A stretch of 64,000 nt of DNA from Desulfobacterales bacterium. Its GTDB lineage: Bacteria; Desulfobacterota; Desulfobacteria; Desulfobacterales; UBA2174. Below are positions 18,603 through 29,131 of the stretch, piece by piece. Both the position numbers and the translations under genes were made by a program. Location: assembly GCA_963668645.2 (NCBI GenBank), contig CAXXWC010000021.1:96001-160000 (forward strand). The letters are read 5' to 3'. The notes below the pieces were generated by a model that did not search any database, was not told the origin of the DNA, and was given only the letters and a program-made list of their open reading frames with translations. Each line of letters starts with the position of its first letter. Within the stretch, counting starts at the first letter, position 1.

Positions 18603-21600
18603 ATGGACTTTTCCGACCTGATACACCAGACACTGCTGCTGGATCTGGAAACCACCCGCACCGGCAGGATCCGGCATGTGGGGGCAGTGTTCAACGGGCA
18701 GGTCTTCGAAAAACAGGCGCCGGCCGGCTCCCGGGCGGTGCTGGAATCCCTTGAACGCTTCGCCCGGCCGGCCGCCGCGATCCTGGGGCACAACCTGCTC
18801 GGCCACGACTTTCCGCTGCTGCGGGCGGCGTCGCCCCGGCTGGAGCTGCTTGCAAAGCCGGTCATCGACACCCTTTACCTTTCGCCCCTGGCGTTTCCCG
18901 AAAATCCTTACCACCGGCTGGTCAAGGACTACAAGCTGGTGTGCAGCGCCGTCAACCGCCCGGTGGAAGACGCCCGGCTGGCCGCCTCGGTCTTTGCCGA
19001 TCAGTGGCAAAGCTTCACCCAAACGGCGGCCGGCCGCCCTGCCCTGCCCGCCTTTTACCGCTTCTGCTTTGAAAAGAGCCGGTTCAACGGTTTTTCCGGC
19101 GCCGGGATGGCGGGGATCTTTGCCCGCCTGACCGATGGCGTCATCGCCGATGCGCACCAGGCCCTGGCCGTTTTTTTATCCCTGGCCGGCGACAGCCTCT
19201 GCCCCCAGGCGGCCCGAAAAGAGATCCCCGAACTGCTGGCGGATGAGGCCAGGCGGCCGGCCGCCGCCTACTGCCTGGCCTGGCTGCAGGTGGCGGGCGG
19301 CAATTCCGTGCTGCCGCCCTGGGTGCGGCACCGGTTCCCCGAAATTCAGGAACTGATCCGGCGGCTGCGCGAGACCCCCTGCGGCTCGCCCGAGTGCGCC
19401 TATTGCCGGGAAAACCACGATCCGGATCGCCAGTTGAAGCGCTTTTTCGGGTATCCGTCGTTTCGTCCGGAACCGCGCACCCAGGCCGGGGAAAGCCTGC
19501 AGCGGGCACTGGTGTGCGACGGCCTGGGCGACCTTCCGGTGCTCGGAATCCTGCCCACCGGCGGCGGCAAGTCGCTGTGCTACCAGCTTCCGGCCCTAGT
19601 GCGCTACTGGCGCCGCGCAACCCTGACCGTGGTCATCTCCCCGCTGCAGGCCCTGATGAAAGACCAGGTGGACAACCTGGTCAAGAAGACCGGAACGCTC
19701 TTTGCCGAGGCGGTTTCCGGGCTTCAGACAGCCCCGGAGCGCGGCGAAATCTTCGAACGGGTCCGCCTGGGCGACACCGCCATCTTGTATCTGGCGCCCG
19801 AACAGCTGCGCAGCAACGGGGTGCGGCGTGTGCTGCAGCAGCGCGAGATCGGTGCCTGGATCTTCGACGAAGCCCATTGCCTGTCCAAGTGGGGCCATGA
19901 TTTCCGGCCGGATTATCTCTATGCGGCCCGCTTCATCCGCGAATTCGCCAAAGCGCAGAACCTTCCCGTCCCGCCGGTGTCATGTTTTACGGCCACCGCC
20001 AAAAAAAACGTCATCGAAGAGATCACGGCCCATTTTGAGCAGGAACTCGGCCAGAACCTGCGCCTCTACGCCGGCGGGGTGGAACGCGACAACCTTTCCT
20101 TCGAGGTCGTCCCGGTCTCAACGGCCGAAAAACTCGAACGCACCCTGGAATTGATCCGGACCCATCTGGCAGACGGGGCCGGTGATGCGGGCGGCGTCAT
20201 CGTCTATGCCGCCACCCGTGCCGCAACCGGTGAAATCCGCGATTTTCTACACCATCAGGGCATCCTCGCCGAAACCTTTCATGGCGGTCTGGAGGCCGGC
20301 CGCAAGCGCGAAATCATCGAAGGCTTCATCGAGGGGCAAGTGCCGGTGATCTGCGCCACCAACGCCTTCGGCATGGGGATCGACAAGGAAAACATCCGCC
20401 TCGTGCTCCATTACAGCATGCCCGGATCACTGGAAAACTACATCCAGGAGGCCGGGCGCGCCGGCCGTGACCAGCAACCGGCCCGCTGCGTGCTGCTCTA
20501 CGATCCCCAGGATGTCCACTTTCAGTTCTCCATGGGCGCGATGTCCGAGGTCAAACAAAAGGAGATCTCGCGCATCCTGCGGGCCCTGCGGCGCAAGAAG
20601 ACCGATGCGCACGGCGAGATCGTGGTCACCGGCGACGAACTGCTGCGCGATGAAGAGTGGGCCGAGATGCAGGCCCTGCGGCCCGAGCTGCGGGACACCA
20701 AAATCCGGGCCGCCGTGGCCTGGCTGGAACGGGCCGGATTTTTGGAGCGCAACCAGAACCTCACCGAGGCTTTCCAGGGCAAACCGCGGGTCGAATCGCT
20801 CCAAGCGGCCCAGGCCGTCATGGATCGCCTCGACCTGGCGCCGCCTACCCGCGGCCGCTGGCTCAACATCCTGCAGCAGATCATCAACTGCCGTGAAGAC
20901 CGGGGGATCCGGGCCGATGCCCTGGCCGAAGCCCTGTTTCCGGAAAAAGAGACCCTGCTGGCCATGGAACGCCGGACCGGGATGACCGCAGCCCAGATCG
21001 TGATCGCGGATCTTCACGACATGGCCGAGGCCGGTCTGCTCGACCAGGGACTGATGCTGGCGGCCACCTTCCGCCCAAAGGGGAAAAACAACGCCTTCAA
21101 GGTGTTCCAGGAGATCTGCGATATCGAAAACAGCCTGGTGGCCCTGATGCAGATCCAGGACCCGGACGCCGAGCAGGGACACTGGGTGGACCTGGACGTC
21201 CGCCGCCTCAATCAACTGCTGGCCAACGAAGGATACGCCGTCAGCCCGGACGTTCTGCGCCGGTTGATCAAGGGGATTTCCTACGACGGAAAAGGGTTTG
21301 CCGCTTCCCAGGGGAGCTTTGAAATCGCCCATCTGGACCGCAACCGCTATCGTGTCCGGCTGACCCGCAGTTGGCAGACGATCCGCAAGACGATTTCCCT
21401 GCGCCAGAACGTGGCCCACCTGATGCTCAAAACCTTTCTGGGCATGGCGCAACACAAGGCCGCCCAAAGCGGTGCGCCGCTGTCCGGGGATCTGCGGCTC
21501 ACCTTTACCAGCGACGAACTGTCGGCCGCCATCCGGGCGGATCTTTTTTTGAGCGTGCACGTCACCAAGGTGCTCCCGGCCATCGAACGGGCGCTGATGT

Positions 21601-23840
21601 TTCTGCACGAAGAGCACATCATCGTGCTGCAAAACGGGCTGGCCATCCTGCGCCAGGCCATGACCCTGCGCCTGGCCCAACCGGCCCGCGGCCGCCACTT
21701 CAATCGCGGCGATTACAAACCCCTGGCGGTGCACTACCGCGAGAAGCGCTTCCAGGTCCACGTCATGATGCGCTACGCCACGCTGGGACTGGACAAAATC
21801 GCCCGCGCCCTGACTCTGGTATTCGACTATTTTACCCTGGGACGGGTCAGGTTCATCCACAAGTACTTCGAGGGCGAAAGCGAGATCCTGGAAAAGGCTA
21901 CCACCGCCGAATCGTTCCGCCGGATCGTGGAAAGCCTGCACAATCCGGAGCAGATCGGCGCCGTGGGCCGCCCGGCGGAAGACAATCAGCTCATCCTGGC
22001 CGGTCCCGGAGCGGGCAAGACGCGCGTCATCGTCCACCGCTGTGCCTACCTGCTGGAGGTCGAGCGGGTGCCGGCGCGCCAGATTCTGGTCCTCTGCTTC
22101 AACCACGGTTCGGCCATGGTGGTGCGCAAACGGCTTCGGGACCTGGTGGGAAAGGCCGCCAGGGGGGTGACCGTCGCCACCTATCACGGGGTGGCCATGC
22201 GCCTGGCCGGCATCTCCATCCGCGACATGACCGCCGGGCAGGATCAGGAGCATATCGATTTCGAACGCATGATCCAGGACGCCACGGACCTGCTCAACGG
22301 GAAAAAGGAAATTCCCGGCATCGAGGCCGACGAGCACCGGGACCGGCTCCTGGCCGGGTACAGTCACATCCTGGTGGATGAATACCAGGACATCGACCGG
22401 GCCCAGTACGAATTGGTATCGGCCATCGCAGGGCGCACCCTGGCCGAGGAGGACGGCCGCCTGTCCATCCTGGCGGTGGGCGACGATGATCAGAACATCT
22501 ACACCTTCCGCGGCGCCAATGTCGAATTCATCCGGCGCTTTGAAACCGATTACCGTCCCGCCGTGGTCCACCTGGTGGAAAACTACCGCTCCAGCAGGCA
22601 TATCATCGCCGCTTCCAACGCCTTGATCCGCTGCAACAAGGACCGGATGAAGGGCAATCATCCGATCCGCATCGACCGGGCCCGGGCCGCCAATGACGCC
22701 GGCGGCCGCTGGGAACGGCTCGATCCGCTGAGCCGGGGACGGGTCCAGATCGTCACCGTGGCAAATGAACTGCACCAGGCTTGCCACATCAAAAATGAGA
22801 TCGATCGGCTCAAACAGCTCGATCCAAAAACCGGCTGGAGCGATATCGCGATCCTGGCCCGCACCAGGGCCGGCCTGGCAAGTGTGCGCACGGTGTTGGA
22901 AGCGGCCGGGTACCCGGTGAGGACGATCCTGGACCGGGGCTTTCCGTTTCACCGGATCCGGGAAATCCGCATGGCCCTGGAATGGCTCGAAGCACGAGGC
23001 AAGGAAAATTTGCGTGCCGGCACGATAAAACGAGGCATCGAAGCGCTGCGCGGCAACCGGGCGCCGAACCCGTGGTGGGATCAGATCAATCTGTTTTTCG
23101 AGGACTACCAGGCTGAAACCCTCGACAGCATCCTGCCTGCCGGCCAAGCCATCGATCACCTGTATGAATTTACGGCCGAACAACGGCGTGAAAAAGTAAT
23201 CGGCCGGGGAATTTTTCTCGGCACCATTCATGCGGCCAAAGGCATGGAGTTTGCCCATGTCTTCATCCTGGACGGGGACTGGAGCCGGCCTGCGACCCGC
23301 ACCGGGTGGGAAGAAGAACGGCGCGTGATGTACGTCGGCATGACCCGGGCCTGCGAGACCCTGCATCTTTTGAAGATCTCCGGCCGGTCGAATCCTTTTC
23401 TAAGGGAGATCAAGGGCGATTGCGCCATATCGCTGGCGGACCGCGAGGCCCTTGCAGAGAGCCGATTTGAAAAAAGGGCCTACGAAATGCTGCGGCTGGA
23501 CGACATCTACCTCGATTTTGCCGGACGCCGCGGACCATCCGATCCGATTCACCGGTCCCTGGCCGAAGTCCAGACCGGACAATCGGTAAGTTTCCGCCCT
23601 GAAAAAGGCAAGGTGGGCATCTGCGACGCACGGAACCGATGTCTGGCCCAACTGTCCAACAGTGCGGCGGCCACATGGAGCGAACGTCTCGACCAGATCC
23701 TGGATCTGCGTGTGGTGGCCGTGCTCAGACGCATGCGCCAAGACTCCAGGGCCGAATTTCAGCCCTGGATCAGAACCGCTGCATGGGAGCTTCCCGTTGT
23801 GGAAGTGGTACGCCGGGTTGCACCCGAGAAACGCGGGTGA
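18603..23840 (+). CDS. Large fusion: DEDD exonuclease-like + RecQ-family SF2 helicase + UvrD-like SF1 helicase
   Basis: N-term DLETT/GHN/DTL; PTGGGKS, DEAHCLSKWGHDFRP, QEAGRAGRD; then AGPGAGKT, VDEYQD, GDDDQNIYTFRGA, ENYRS, TIHAAKGMEF, YVGMTRA. Confidence 0.9.
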   Translation: MDFSDLIHQTLLLDLETTRTGRIRHVGAVFNGQVFEKQAPAGSRAVLESLERFARPAAAILGHNLLGHDFPLLRAASPRLELLAKPVIDTLYLSPLAFPENPYHRLVKDYKLVCSAVNRPVEDARLAASVFADQWQSFTQTAAGRPALPAFYRFCFEKSRFNGFSGAGMAGIFARLTDGVIADAHQALAVFLSLAGDSLCPQAARKEIPELLADEARRPAAAYCLAWLQVAGGNSVLPPWVRHRFPEIQELIRRLRETPCGSPECAYCRENHDPDRQLKRFFGYPSFRPEPRTQAGESLQRALVCDGLGDLPVLGILPTGGGKSLCYQLPALVRYWRRATLTVVISPLQALMKDQVDNLVKKTGTLFAEAVSGLQTAPERGEIFERVRLGDTAILYLAPEQLRSNGVRRVLQQREIGAWIFDEAHCLSKWGHDFRPDYLYAARFIREFAKAQNLPVPPVSCFTATAKKNVIEEITAHFEQELGQNLRLYAGGVERDNLSFEVVPVSTAEKLERTLELIRTHLADGAGDAGGVIVYAATRAATGEIRDFLHHQGILAETFHGGLEAGRKREIIEGFIEGQVPVICATNAFGMGIDKENIRLVLHYSMPGSLENYIQEAGRAGRDQQPARCVLLYDPQDVHFQFSMGAMSEVKQKEISRILRALRRKKTDAHGEIVVTGDELLRDEEWAEMQALRPELRDTKIRAAVAWLERAGFLERNQNLTEAFQGKPRVESLQAAQAVMDRLDLAPPTRGRWLNILQQIINCREDRGIRADALAEALFPEKETLLAMERRTGMTAAQIVIADLHDMAEAGLLDQGLMLAATFRPKGKNNAFKVFQEICDIENSLVALMQIQDPDAEQGHWVDLDVRRLNQLLANEGYAVSPDVLRRLIKGISYDGKGFAASQGSFEIAHLDRNRYRVRLTRSWQTIRKTISLRQNVAHLMLKTFLGMAQHKAAQSGAPLSGDLRLTFTSDELSAAIRADLFLSVHVTKVLPAIERALMFLHEEHIIVLQNGLAILRQAMTLRLAQPARGRHFNRGDYKPLAVHYREKRFQVHVMMRYATLGLDKIARALTLVFDYFTLGRVRFIHKYFEGESEILEKATTAESFRRIVESLHNPEQIGAVGRPAEDNQLILAGPGAGKTRVIVHRCAYLLEVERVPARQILVLCFNHGSAMVVRKRLRDLVGKAARGVTVATYHGVAMRLAGISIRDMTAGQDQEHIDFERMIQDATDLLNGKKEIPGIEADEHRDRLLAGYSHILVDEYQDIDRAQYELVSAIAGRTLAEEDGRLSILAVGDDDQNIYTFRGANVEFIRRFETDYRPAVVHLVENYRSSRHIIAASNALIRCNKDRMKGNHPIRIDRARAANDAGGRWERLDPLSRGRVQIVTVANELHQACHIKNEIDRLKQLDPKTGWSDIAILARTRAGLASVRTVLEAAGYPVRTILDRGFPFHRIREIRMALEWLEARGKENLRAGTIKRGIEALRGNRAPNPWWDQINLFFEDYQAETLDSILPAGQAIDHLYEFTAEQRREKVIGRGIFLGTIHAAKGMEFAHVFILDGDWSRPATRTGWEEERRVMYVGMTRACETLHLLKISGRSNPFLREIKGDCAISLADREALAESRFEKRAYEMLRLDDIYLDFAGRRGPSDPIHRSLAEVQTGQSVSFRPEKGKVGICDARNRCLAQLSNSAAATWSERLDQILDLRVVAVLRRMRQDSRAEFQPWIRTAAWELPVVEVVRRVAPEKRG

Positions 23841-24014
23841 ACCGGCGTTCTGCCGGATTGGTTCTATGGCAGGACAGATGAAGTCATCGTTGGACTTTGA
23901 CGGCCCCCTGCTGTGCCTTTCATTCCGGCTTGACAGGCAGCGCACACAAAGGGTAGTCAAACTGATTTTATGAACGGCCTTTGGAACCTGCCATTCAGTG
24001 CAAGATGATAGCCG

Positions 24015-24767
24015 ATGCCCCAGACACCACCATCCAAATGGTCCGAATTTCTCGCCGGCTGCCGGGACGAGGCCCCGCTGCAGCTCGGGGTCGTGCCCTT
24101 CGGCATGCTTTACGCGATCGGGGGACTGGCCGCGGGCATGCCGGCATGGCTGGTGCAGCTCTCATCCGCCCTGGTGTTCGCCGGCTCGGCCCAGCTTGCC
24201 ATCGTACAGATGCTTTCAGCCGCTGCCGGTGCCCTGCCGATCGGTTTGACGGCCGGCTTGCTCAACCTGCGCCACGTCCTGTACAGCGCCTCGGTGGCCG
24301 ACTACGTGCGTCACCTGCCCCGGCGCTGGCGCCTGTTGCTGGCCTATCTTCTGACCGATGAAGCCTATGCGGTGGCCATCCTGCGCTACCAGAAAGATGC
24401 CGCCACGGCCCGCGCGACCGCCGGCAGCGCATCGGATCCCCAACCGGCTGCCGACCTTCGCCACTGGTACTTTCTTGGCACAGGGTTCACCCTCTGGTTC
24501 TGCTGGCAGCTTTCCACCACCGCCGGCCTTGTCTTTGGCGCTGCCATCCCGCTGGAATGGGATATCGATTTTGCCGTGCCCCTGACTTTTCTGGCGCTGT
24601 TGACCCTGTTGTTGCGCGAGCGCGCCAGTCAGGCCGCCGCTCTGGCCGCCGCCCTGGGCGTCCTCGCATTTGCCGGGCTGCCGTATAAACTCGGGCTGGT
24701 GGCCGCGATTCTGCTGGGTCTGGTCGCCGGTTTTTTGACCGCCAAACGTCAGGCAGGCCGACCATGA
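24015..24767 (+). CDS. azlC: AzlC family branched-chain amino acid exporter permease
   Basis: VFAGSAQ, LNLRHVLYS, LTDEAYA. Confidence 0.88.
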   Translation: MPQTPPSKWSEFLAGCRDEAPLQLGVVPFGMLYAIGGLAAGMPAWLVQLSSALVFAGSAQLAIVQMLSAAAGALPIGLTAGLLNLRHVLYSASVADYVRHLPRRWRLLLAYLLTDEAYAVAILRYQKDAATARATAGSASDPQPAADLRHWYFLGTGFTLWFCWQLSTTAGLVFGAAIPLEWDIDFAVPLTFLALLTLLLRERASQAAALAAALGVLAFAGLPYKLGLVAAILLGLVAGFLTAKRQAGRP

Positions 24768-25087
24768 GCACCTTTGCACTGCTCGGTCTTCTTGCGGCGG
24801 TAGGCGTTGCCACCTACTTTTTCCGCTACTCGATGATCGGCCTTTTCGCCAACCGCCAACTGCCGCAATGGCTGCGTGAACTGTGCAGCTTCATCGCGCC
24901 GGCCAGCTTCGCCGCGCTGACCGCCAGCGCGCTTTTTATCAGCGGCGGCCAGATGGCGATATCTCTTGATGCACCCAAACCCTGGGCGGCGCTGGTTGCC
25001 GTCATCGTGGCCTGGCGCACCGGCAATGTGTTTGCCACCATCGGGGTTGGTATGGCCGCCCTGTACGGATTGAAAATGCTGTTCTGA
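24764..25087 (+). CDS. azlD: AzlD family membrane protein
   Basis: Small hydrophobic ORF coupled (ATGA) to azlC; TYFFR, AWRT..V..TI..GM. Confidence 0.85.
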   Translation: MSTFALLGLLAAVGVATYFFRYSMIGLFANRQLPQWLRELCSFIAPASFAALTASALFISGGQMAISLDAPKPWAALVAVIVAWRTGNVFATIGVGMAALYGLKMLF

Positions 25088-25138
25088 AAGTGGCAGCCGC
25101 CTTAACGGCACGGGGATCTTAGCGGGAACGCACGGCAA

Positions 25139-26140
25139 ATGCCGAAGAAGAAAAACGGCCGTTGCAGCGTCAGGCGGCACGTTCTTTGGTTGGCGGTATT
25201 GGCTCTGTTGAGCGGCTGCGCCGCGTCCTGCCTTTCTCCCGATTCCCCGGAGGCCCTTATTCCCGACCGCTCCGCGCAAGTGGCCGGTTCGCGGCTGGAT
25301 CGCCAGAGCGTTCAGCGTATTTTGGGGACGCCGCAGCTTTCCAGCGTCTATTGGGGATTCGATCTTTTTCGGGCCGGCACCGAACAAAACGAGCTGGTGT
25401 TCGCCATCACGCCTTGGCCGGTCCCCTTACTGCGCGTCAAGGACCAGCTGAAGCGCTACACCCTGGTCACCTACGATGCCGGCGGCATCACCGATGCGGT
25501 GGCGACCGGAATATTCCGCCGTCCAAGTTCCTGGCGCAGCGGATCGCCGATCAAGCACGATTACCCTGGCTCCACCCCAGGGCGGCCGGCATGATGGGCT
25601 ACCTCGATCCCCAGGAGGACCGGGAACTCAACCTTCTGGCAGCCCCGATGGACCAGAGACCGGTACCTCCAGCGTAGCGACGCTTGTGGCCGTGGCACGG
25701 TGGTTCTCGGATGCGGCCGGCGCGGCTGCCCCGACCAGATTTCGGTCGATGCCGGCCCGGTGCGACGCCTTCGGCTGCGGACGGCCCCGCTATTTTGGTC
25801 CCGCCTAGAAGAACGCGATTTGTGGCTGCGGGGGATCGAGGCCAACGCACCCGGCCAACCTGATGCCTGGTTTGAGGCCCTCGTGGCGCTCAAGCTTCCC
25901 GCCGGCAAGCATGTGCTCACCTTTTCGGCCCAGCATCTTTCGGGTGCGTCTTCTCTGGAGCTGGATTGCCGTGCGGGCCAAGTGACCTACCTGGTGGTGG
26001 ATGCGGCCAGTGATGAAAACTTCTGGAAGCCGACCCTGATCGATTGGCGGATCGATCAACGCCCTGGGATGCCGCCGCTATTCGCTCACCGCCCTCTGGT
26101 CCTCATGGCTGAGGGCCAATGGCAGGTCGATGCCGAGTAG
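25139..26140 (+). pseudogene. Lipoprotein gene broken by two apparent frameshifts
   Basis: LSGC lipobox ORF 25139-25594 and same-frame ORF 25700-26140 are bridged by a plausible reading in another frame (WLHPRAAGMMGYLDP...) between ~25565 and ~25660. Confidence 0.5.
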
Positions 26141-26206
26141 TCCTGTAAACAGGCAGCGCACCCTTTCGTGCCCCGCCAGATGCGAAGGTCTGCAAAGGAT
26201 TTCCGG

Positions 26207-26659
26207 TCAATCGGTGTTTTTCAATGGCTTGGCGAATACACGCTGTTCTTTGTACCGTGCGAACCCCAATTGTTCGTAGAACCGGTGGGCATCGCCTCTG
26301 TTCAATCGGCTGCGCACGCGCAGTGCAGCGACGCCTCTTTCCCGGGCCCACTTTTCAGCAGCTGCCACCAATTGCCGGCCGATGCCATGCCGCCGATGCG
26401 ATTCGGCGACCACAAAACCACCGATCTCGGCAAAAGGATCCGTTTCTAGCCGTTGGGCCGTAAAAACGTGAACCCATCCGATCACCTCGCCATCGCGACA
26501 CGCGACAAACACGGCATGCTCCGGGGACCGAAGGACTGGGCCCAGCCTGAGTTCGGATTGCCGGATCGAGGTGGGATATCCGAGTTGATCGGCCAAACAG
26601 GCGATGGCAGCGCCATCGTTCATGTCGGCAATCCGTATCTCTATATTTACCTGCGCCAT
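26207..26659 (-). CDS. GNAT family N-acetyltransferase
   Basis: VAESHRRHGIGRQLV acetyl-CoA motif A, AHRFYEQLGF; start approximate. Confidence 0.88.
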   Translation of the reverse strand: MAQVNIEIRIADMNDGAAIACLADQLGYPTSIRQSELRLGPVLRSPEHAVFVACRDGEVIGWVHVFTAQRLETDPFAEIGGFVVAESHRRHGIGRQLVAAAEKWARERGVAALRVRSRLNRGDAHRFYEQLGFARYKEQRVFAKPLKNTD

Positions 26660-26809
26660 TTGCATCACCGCTACCGGGCGCATCCGCGCCCGCGCCGTTA
26701 CTGTCAAAAACAGGCATTCTTTAAATGGACTACATCCGGTGTCAAACCGGATGAATAATTGCAACCCTGAGGTTGTGGCGGGCTCTCTTTGGGTGAGGTT
26801 TGTTCCGGA

Positions 26810-27484
26810 TTAAATTTTGGACCGGTCGAATCCCGGCACGGCGATCCAGTTTTCCAGGCGATTCAGGCCCCAGCTGACCACCGACACCAGCAACAGGTAG
26901 ATGGCGCCCACAATGGTAAAAATCTCCATGTATTTGAAATGGAAGTTGGCCAGGATGGAACCCTTGCCGGTCAGTTCGATGCAGGTAACCATATAGGCCA
27001 GGGAGGAATACTTGATCAGGTAGATCACCTCATTGCCGCTGCCGGGCAGTGCGCGGCGGACCGCCTGGGGCAGCAGGATCGAAAAAATCGCCCGTGTGCG
27101 GCTGAAACCGAGGGAATAGGCGGCCAGCAATTGTCCCTTGCGAATCGACTGCAATGCGCCGCGGATGTATTCGGAATGGTAGGCGCCGCTGCACAGGGAA
27201 AAACCGATCACCGAGGCAGCGAAGGGAGACAGATAAATACCGATGCGTGGCAGGCCGAAATACCACAAATAGAGCTGCACCAGCAGCGGGAACCCTCTGA
27301 AAAACAAGACGTAAAGCCCGGCGAAGCCTTTCAGCAGGGGACTCCCGTAAACCCGCAAGATGCCGATGACGATGCCGATCAGCAAGCCGCTGATGGCCGA
27401 CGGGATGATCAGCTGGATGCTCATCCACAGCCCGGCCAGCAGCTCCGGTGCGACTTCCTGGCGTATAAACAGCAGCTCTTCCAT
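26810..27484 (-). CDS. Polar amino acid ABC transporter permease
   Basis: FRGFPLLVQL, AYHSEYIRG, EAA-like loop, LPQA. Confidence 0.92.
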   Translation of the reverse strand: MEELLFIRQEVAPELLAGLWMSIQLIIPSAISGLLIGIVIGILRVYGSPLLKGFAGLYVLFFRGFPLLVQLYLWYFGLPRIGIYLSPFAASVIGFSLCSGAYHSEYIRGALQSIRKGQLLAAYSLGFSRTRAIFSILLPQAVRRALPGSGNEVIYLIKYSSLAYMVTCIELTGKGSILANFHFKYMEIFTIVGAIYLLLVSVVSWGLNRLENWIAVPGFDRSKI

Positions 27485-27514
27485 TTTCCCGTAAAAGTGC
27501 GCGAACCCGTGCGC

Positions 27515-28279
27515 TCAGTTGGAGTTTTCGTGCAGCCGGCCGATTTTCGAACAAAACTCGCGCGTGCGCGCCTGTTCGGCGTCGAAAAGAATCTTCTGGG
27601 GCGGCCCCTGCTCGACGATCCGGCCGCCTTCCATGAAATAGATTTCGCTGGCCAGGCTTCCGGCAAAGAGGATCTCGTGGGTGACCAACAGCATGGTCAT
27701 CCCCCCGGCGGCAAGGGCCTGGATCACCTCGTGGACTTCCCCGATCAATTCCGGGTCCAGGGCCGAAGTGGGTTCGTCCAGGAGCATCACTTCGGGCTCC
27801 ATGGCCAAGGCGCGCGCGATGGAAACCCGCTGTTTTTGCCCCCCGGAAAGTTCAGCCGGGTACTTGGCCGCGTGGTCCTTGAGCCCGACCCTCTCCAGCT
27901 CGGCCTCGGCCCGCTGCCTGGCCTCGTTGCGGGGCATCTTGCGCACCTGCACGAGCCCGATCATCACATTGTGCAAGGCGTCGAGGTGATCAAACAGATT
28001 GAAGTCCTGGAAGATCATGCCGACTTTTTGACGATAGGCGTACAGTTCCCGTTTGCGGCCATGGCCGATCCGGACCCCGTTAAGACAGATCTGTCCCGCA
28101 TCGAGCTCGATCAGAAAATTGATGCAGTGCAGCAGCGTGCTCTTGCCGCCCCCGGAAGGGCCGATCACCACCTTGATATCCCCGCGGAACAGATCCAGCG
28201 AGACCCCGTTCAACACCGGGATGCTTCCGAAGCGTTTATGGACGTCCTGAACGCTTAACACCGGTACTTTTTCGGCCAT
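27515..28279 (-). CDS. Polar amino acid ABC transporter ATP-binding protein (GlnQ-like)
   Basis: GPSGGGKS, LSGGQKQR, LLDEPTSALD, VTHE. Confidence 0.95.
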   Translation of the reverse strand: MAEKVPVLSVQDVHKRFGSIPVLNGVSLDLFRGDIKVVIGPSGGGKSTLLHCINFLIELDAGQICLNGVRIGHGRKRELYAYRQKVGMIFQDFNLFDHLDALHNVMIGLVQVRKMPRNEARQRAEAELERVGLKDHAAKYPAELSGGQKQRVSIARALAMEPEVMLLDEPTSALDPELIGEVHEVIQALAAGGMTMLLVTHEILFAGSLASEIYFMEGGRIVEQGPPQKILFDAEQARTREFCSKIGRLHENSN

Positions 28280-28292
28280 GCGGCGGATCTCC

Positions 28293-28961
28293 CTATTGCG
28301 CATATCCAGGGATGTGCACCTTCTCCTCCAGCAGCTGTAGGAGTTTGGTGCCGATGTAGGTCAGCAGCAGAAAGATGCAGCCGGCCAGGATATAAATCCA
28401 GAAATGCTGGTAGGTGCGCTCGGCCACGTGCCGGGAGCGCGCCAAAATTTCGGTGACCCCCAGGGCATAGGTGACCGCCGAATCCTTCATGATGATGGTG
28501 TATTCGTTGGTCCAAGCCGGGATCGAAAGCCGCAGGGCCTGGGGCAGCACAATCAGCCAAATTGTGCGGGTATCGCTCATGCCGATGGATCGCGCCGCTT
28601 TGAACTGACCTTCCGGAAGCGATAAAATCGCGCCGCGGATGATCTGGGATTGATAAGCAGAGCTGATCAGACCCAGTACCACAATGGAAACCGCAAAAGG
28701 CGACAGTTCGATTTCCAGTTCGGCCAGCAAGCCGAAATAGAAGATAAACAGGAGCACCAGCAGGGGAATGCCGCGGAAAAACCAGACGTACACCCCCACG
28801 ATGCGCCGCAGCAACCGGCTCCCGTATACCTGGGCCACCGCAAGCAGCAGGCCCAGTCCCAACCCCATGGCCAGCGCACCAACCACCACGGCCACGGTCA
28901 CCCAGACTCCTCCAAGGATATAGGGCAGATTCTCACCGATGACGATCATTCCCTCGGGCAT
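28293..28961 (-). CDS. Polar amino acid ABC transporter permease
   Basis: FRGIPLLV, AYQSQIIRG, GQFKAA, LPQALR. Confidence 0.92.
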   Translation of the reverse strand: MPEGMIVIGENLPYILGGVWVTVAVVVGALAMGLGLGLLLAVAQVYGSRLLRRIVGVYVWFFRGIPLLVLLFIFYFGLLAELEIELSPFAVSIVVLGLISSAYQSQIIRGAILSLPEGQFKAARSIGMSDTRTIWLIVLPQALRLSIPAWTNEYTIIMKDSAVTYALGVTEILARSRHVAERTYQHFWIYILAGCIFLLLTYIGTKLLQLLEEKVHIPGYAQ

Positions 28962-29015
28962 CAGATTTCCTCAGGGACGTATTGATTGTGGCGCTTCCCC
29001 TCCGGATGTGTTGAA

Positions 29016-29049
29016 AAAGCGTAGCAATATTTTGATATTGCTACGCTTT
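29016..29049. terminator. Perfect 15-bp hairpin between binding-protein and permease genes
   Basis: AAAGCGTAGCAATAT-TTTG-ATATTGCTACGCTTT with A/T-run flanks. Confidence 0.65.
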
Positions 29050-29131
29050 CGTATTCTACCGGACAGGTGTTTGAATGCCGTAAATCTGTGAGTCGGCTCG
29101 TGTGCAAACCCACGGCAGCCGCCCGGAACCG

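Noticed and set aside
20427..23366. 979-aa minus-strand ORF
   Set aside because: Antisense shadow of the GC-rich helicase fusion; no recognisable motifs. The same applies to other long antisense ORFs such as 26789-28258 and 30337-31725
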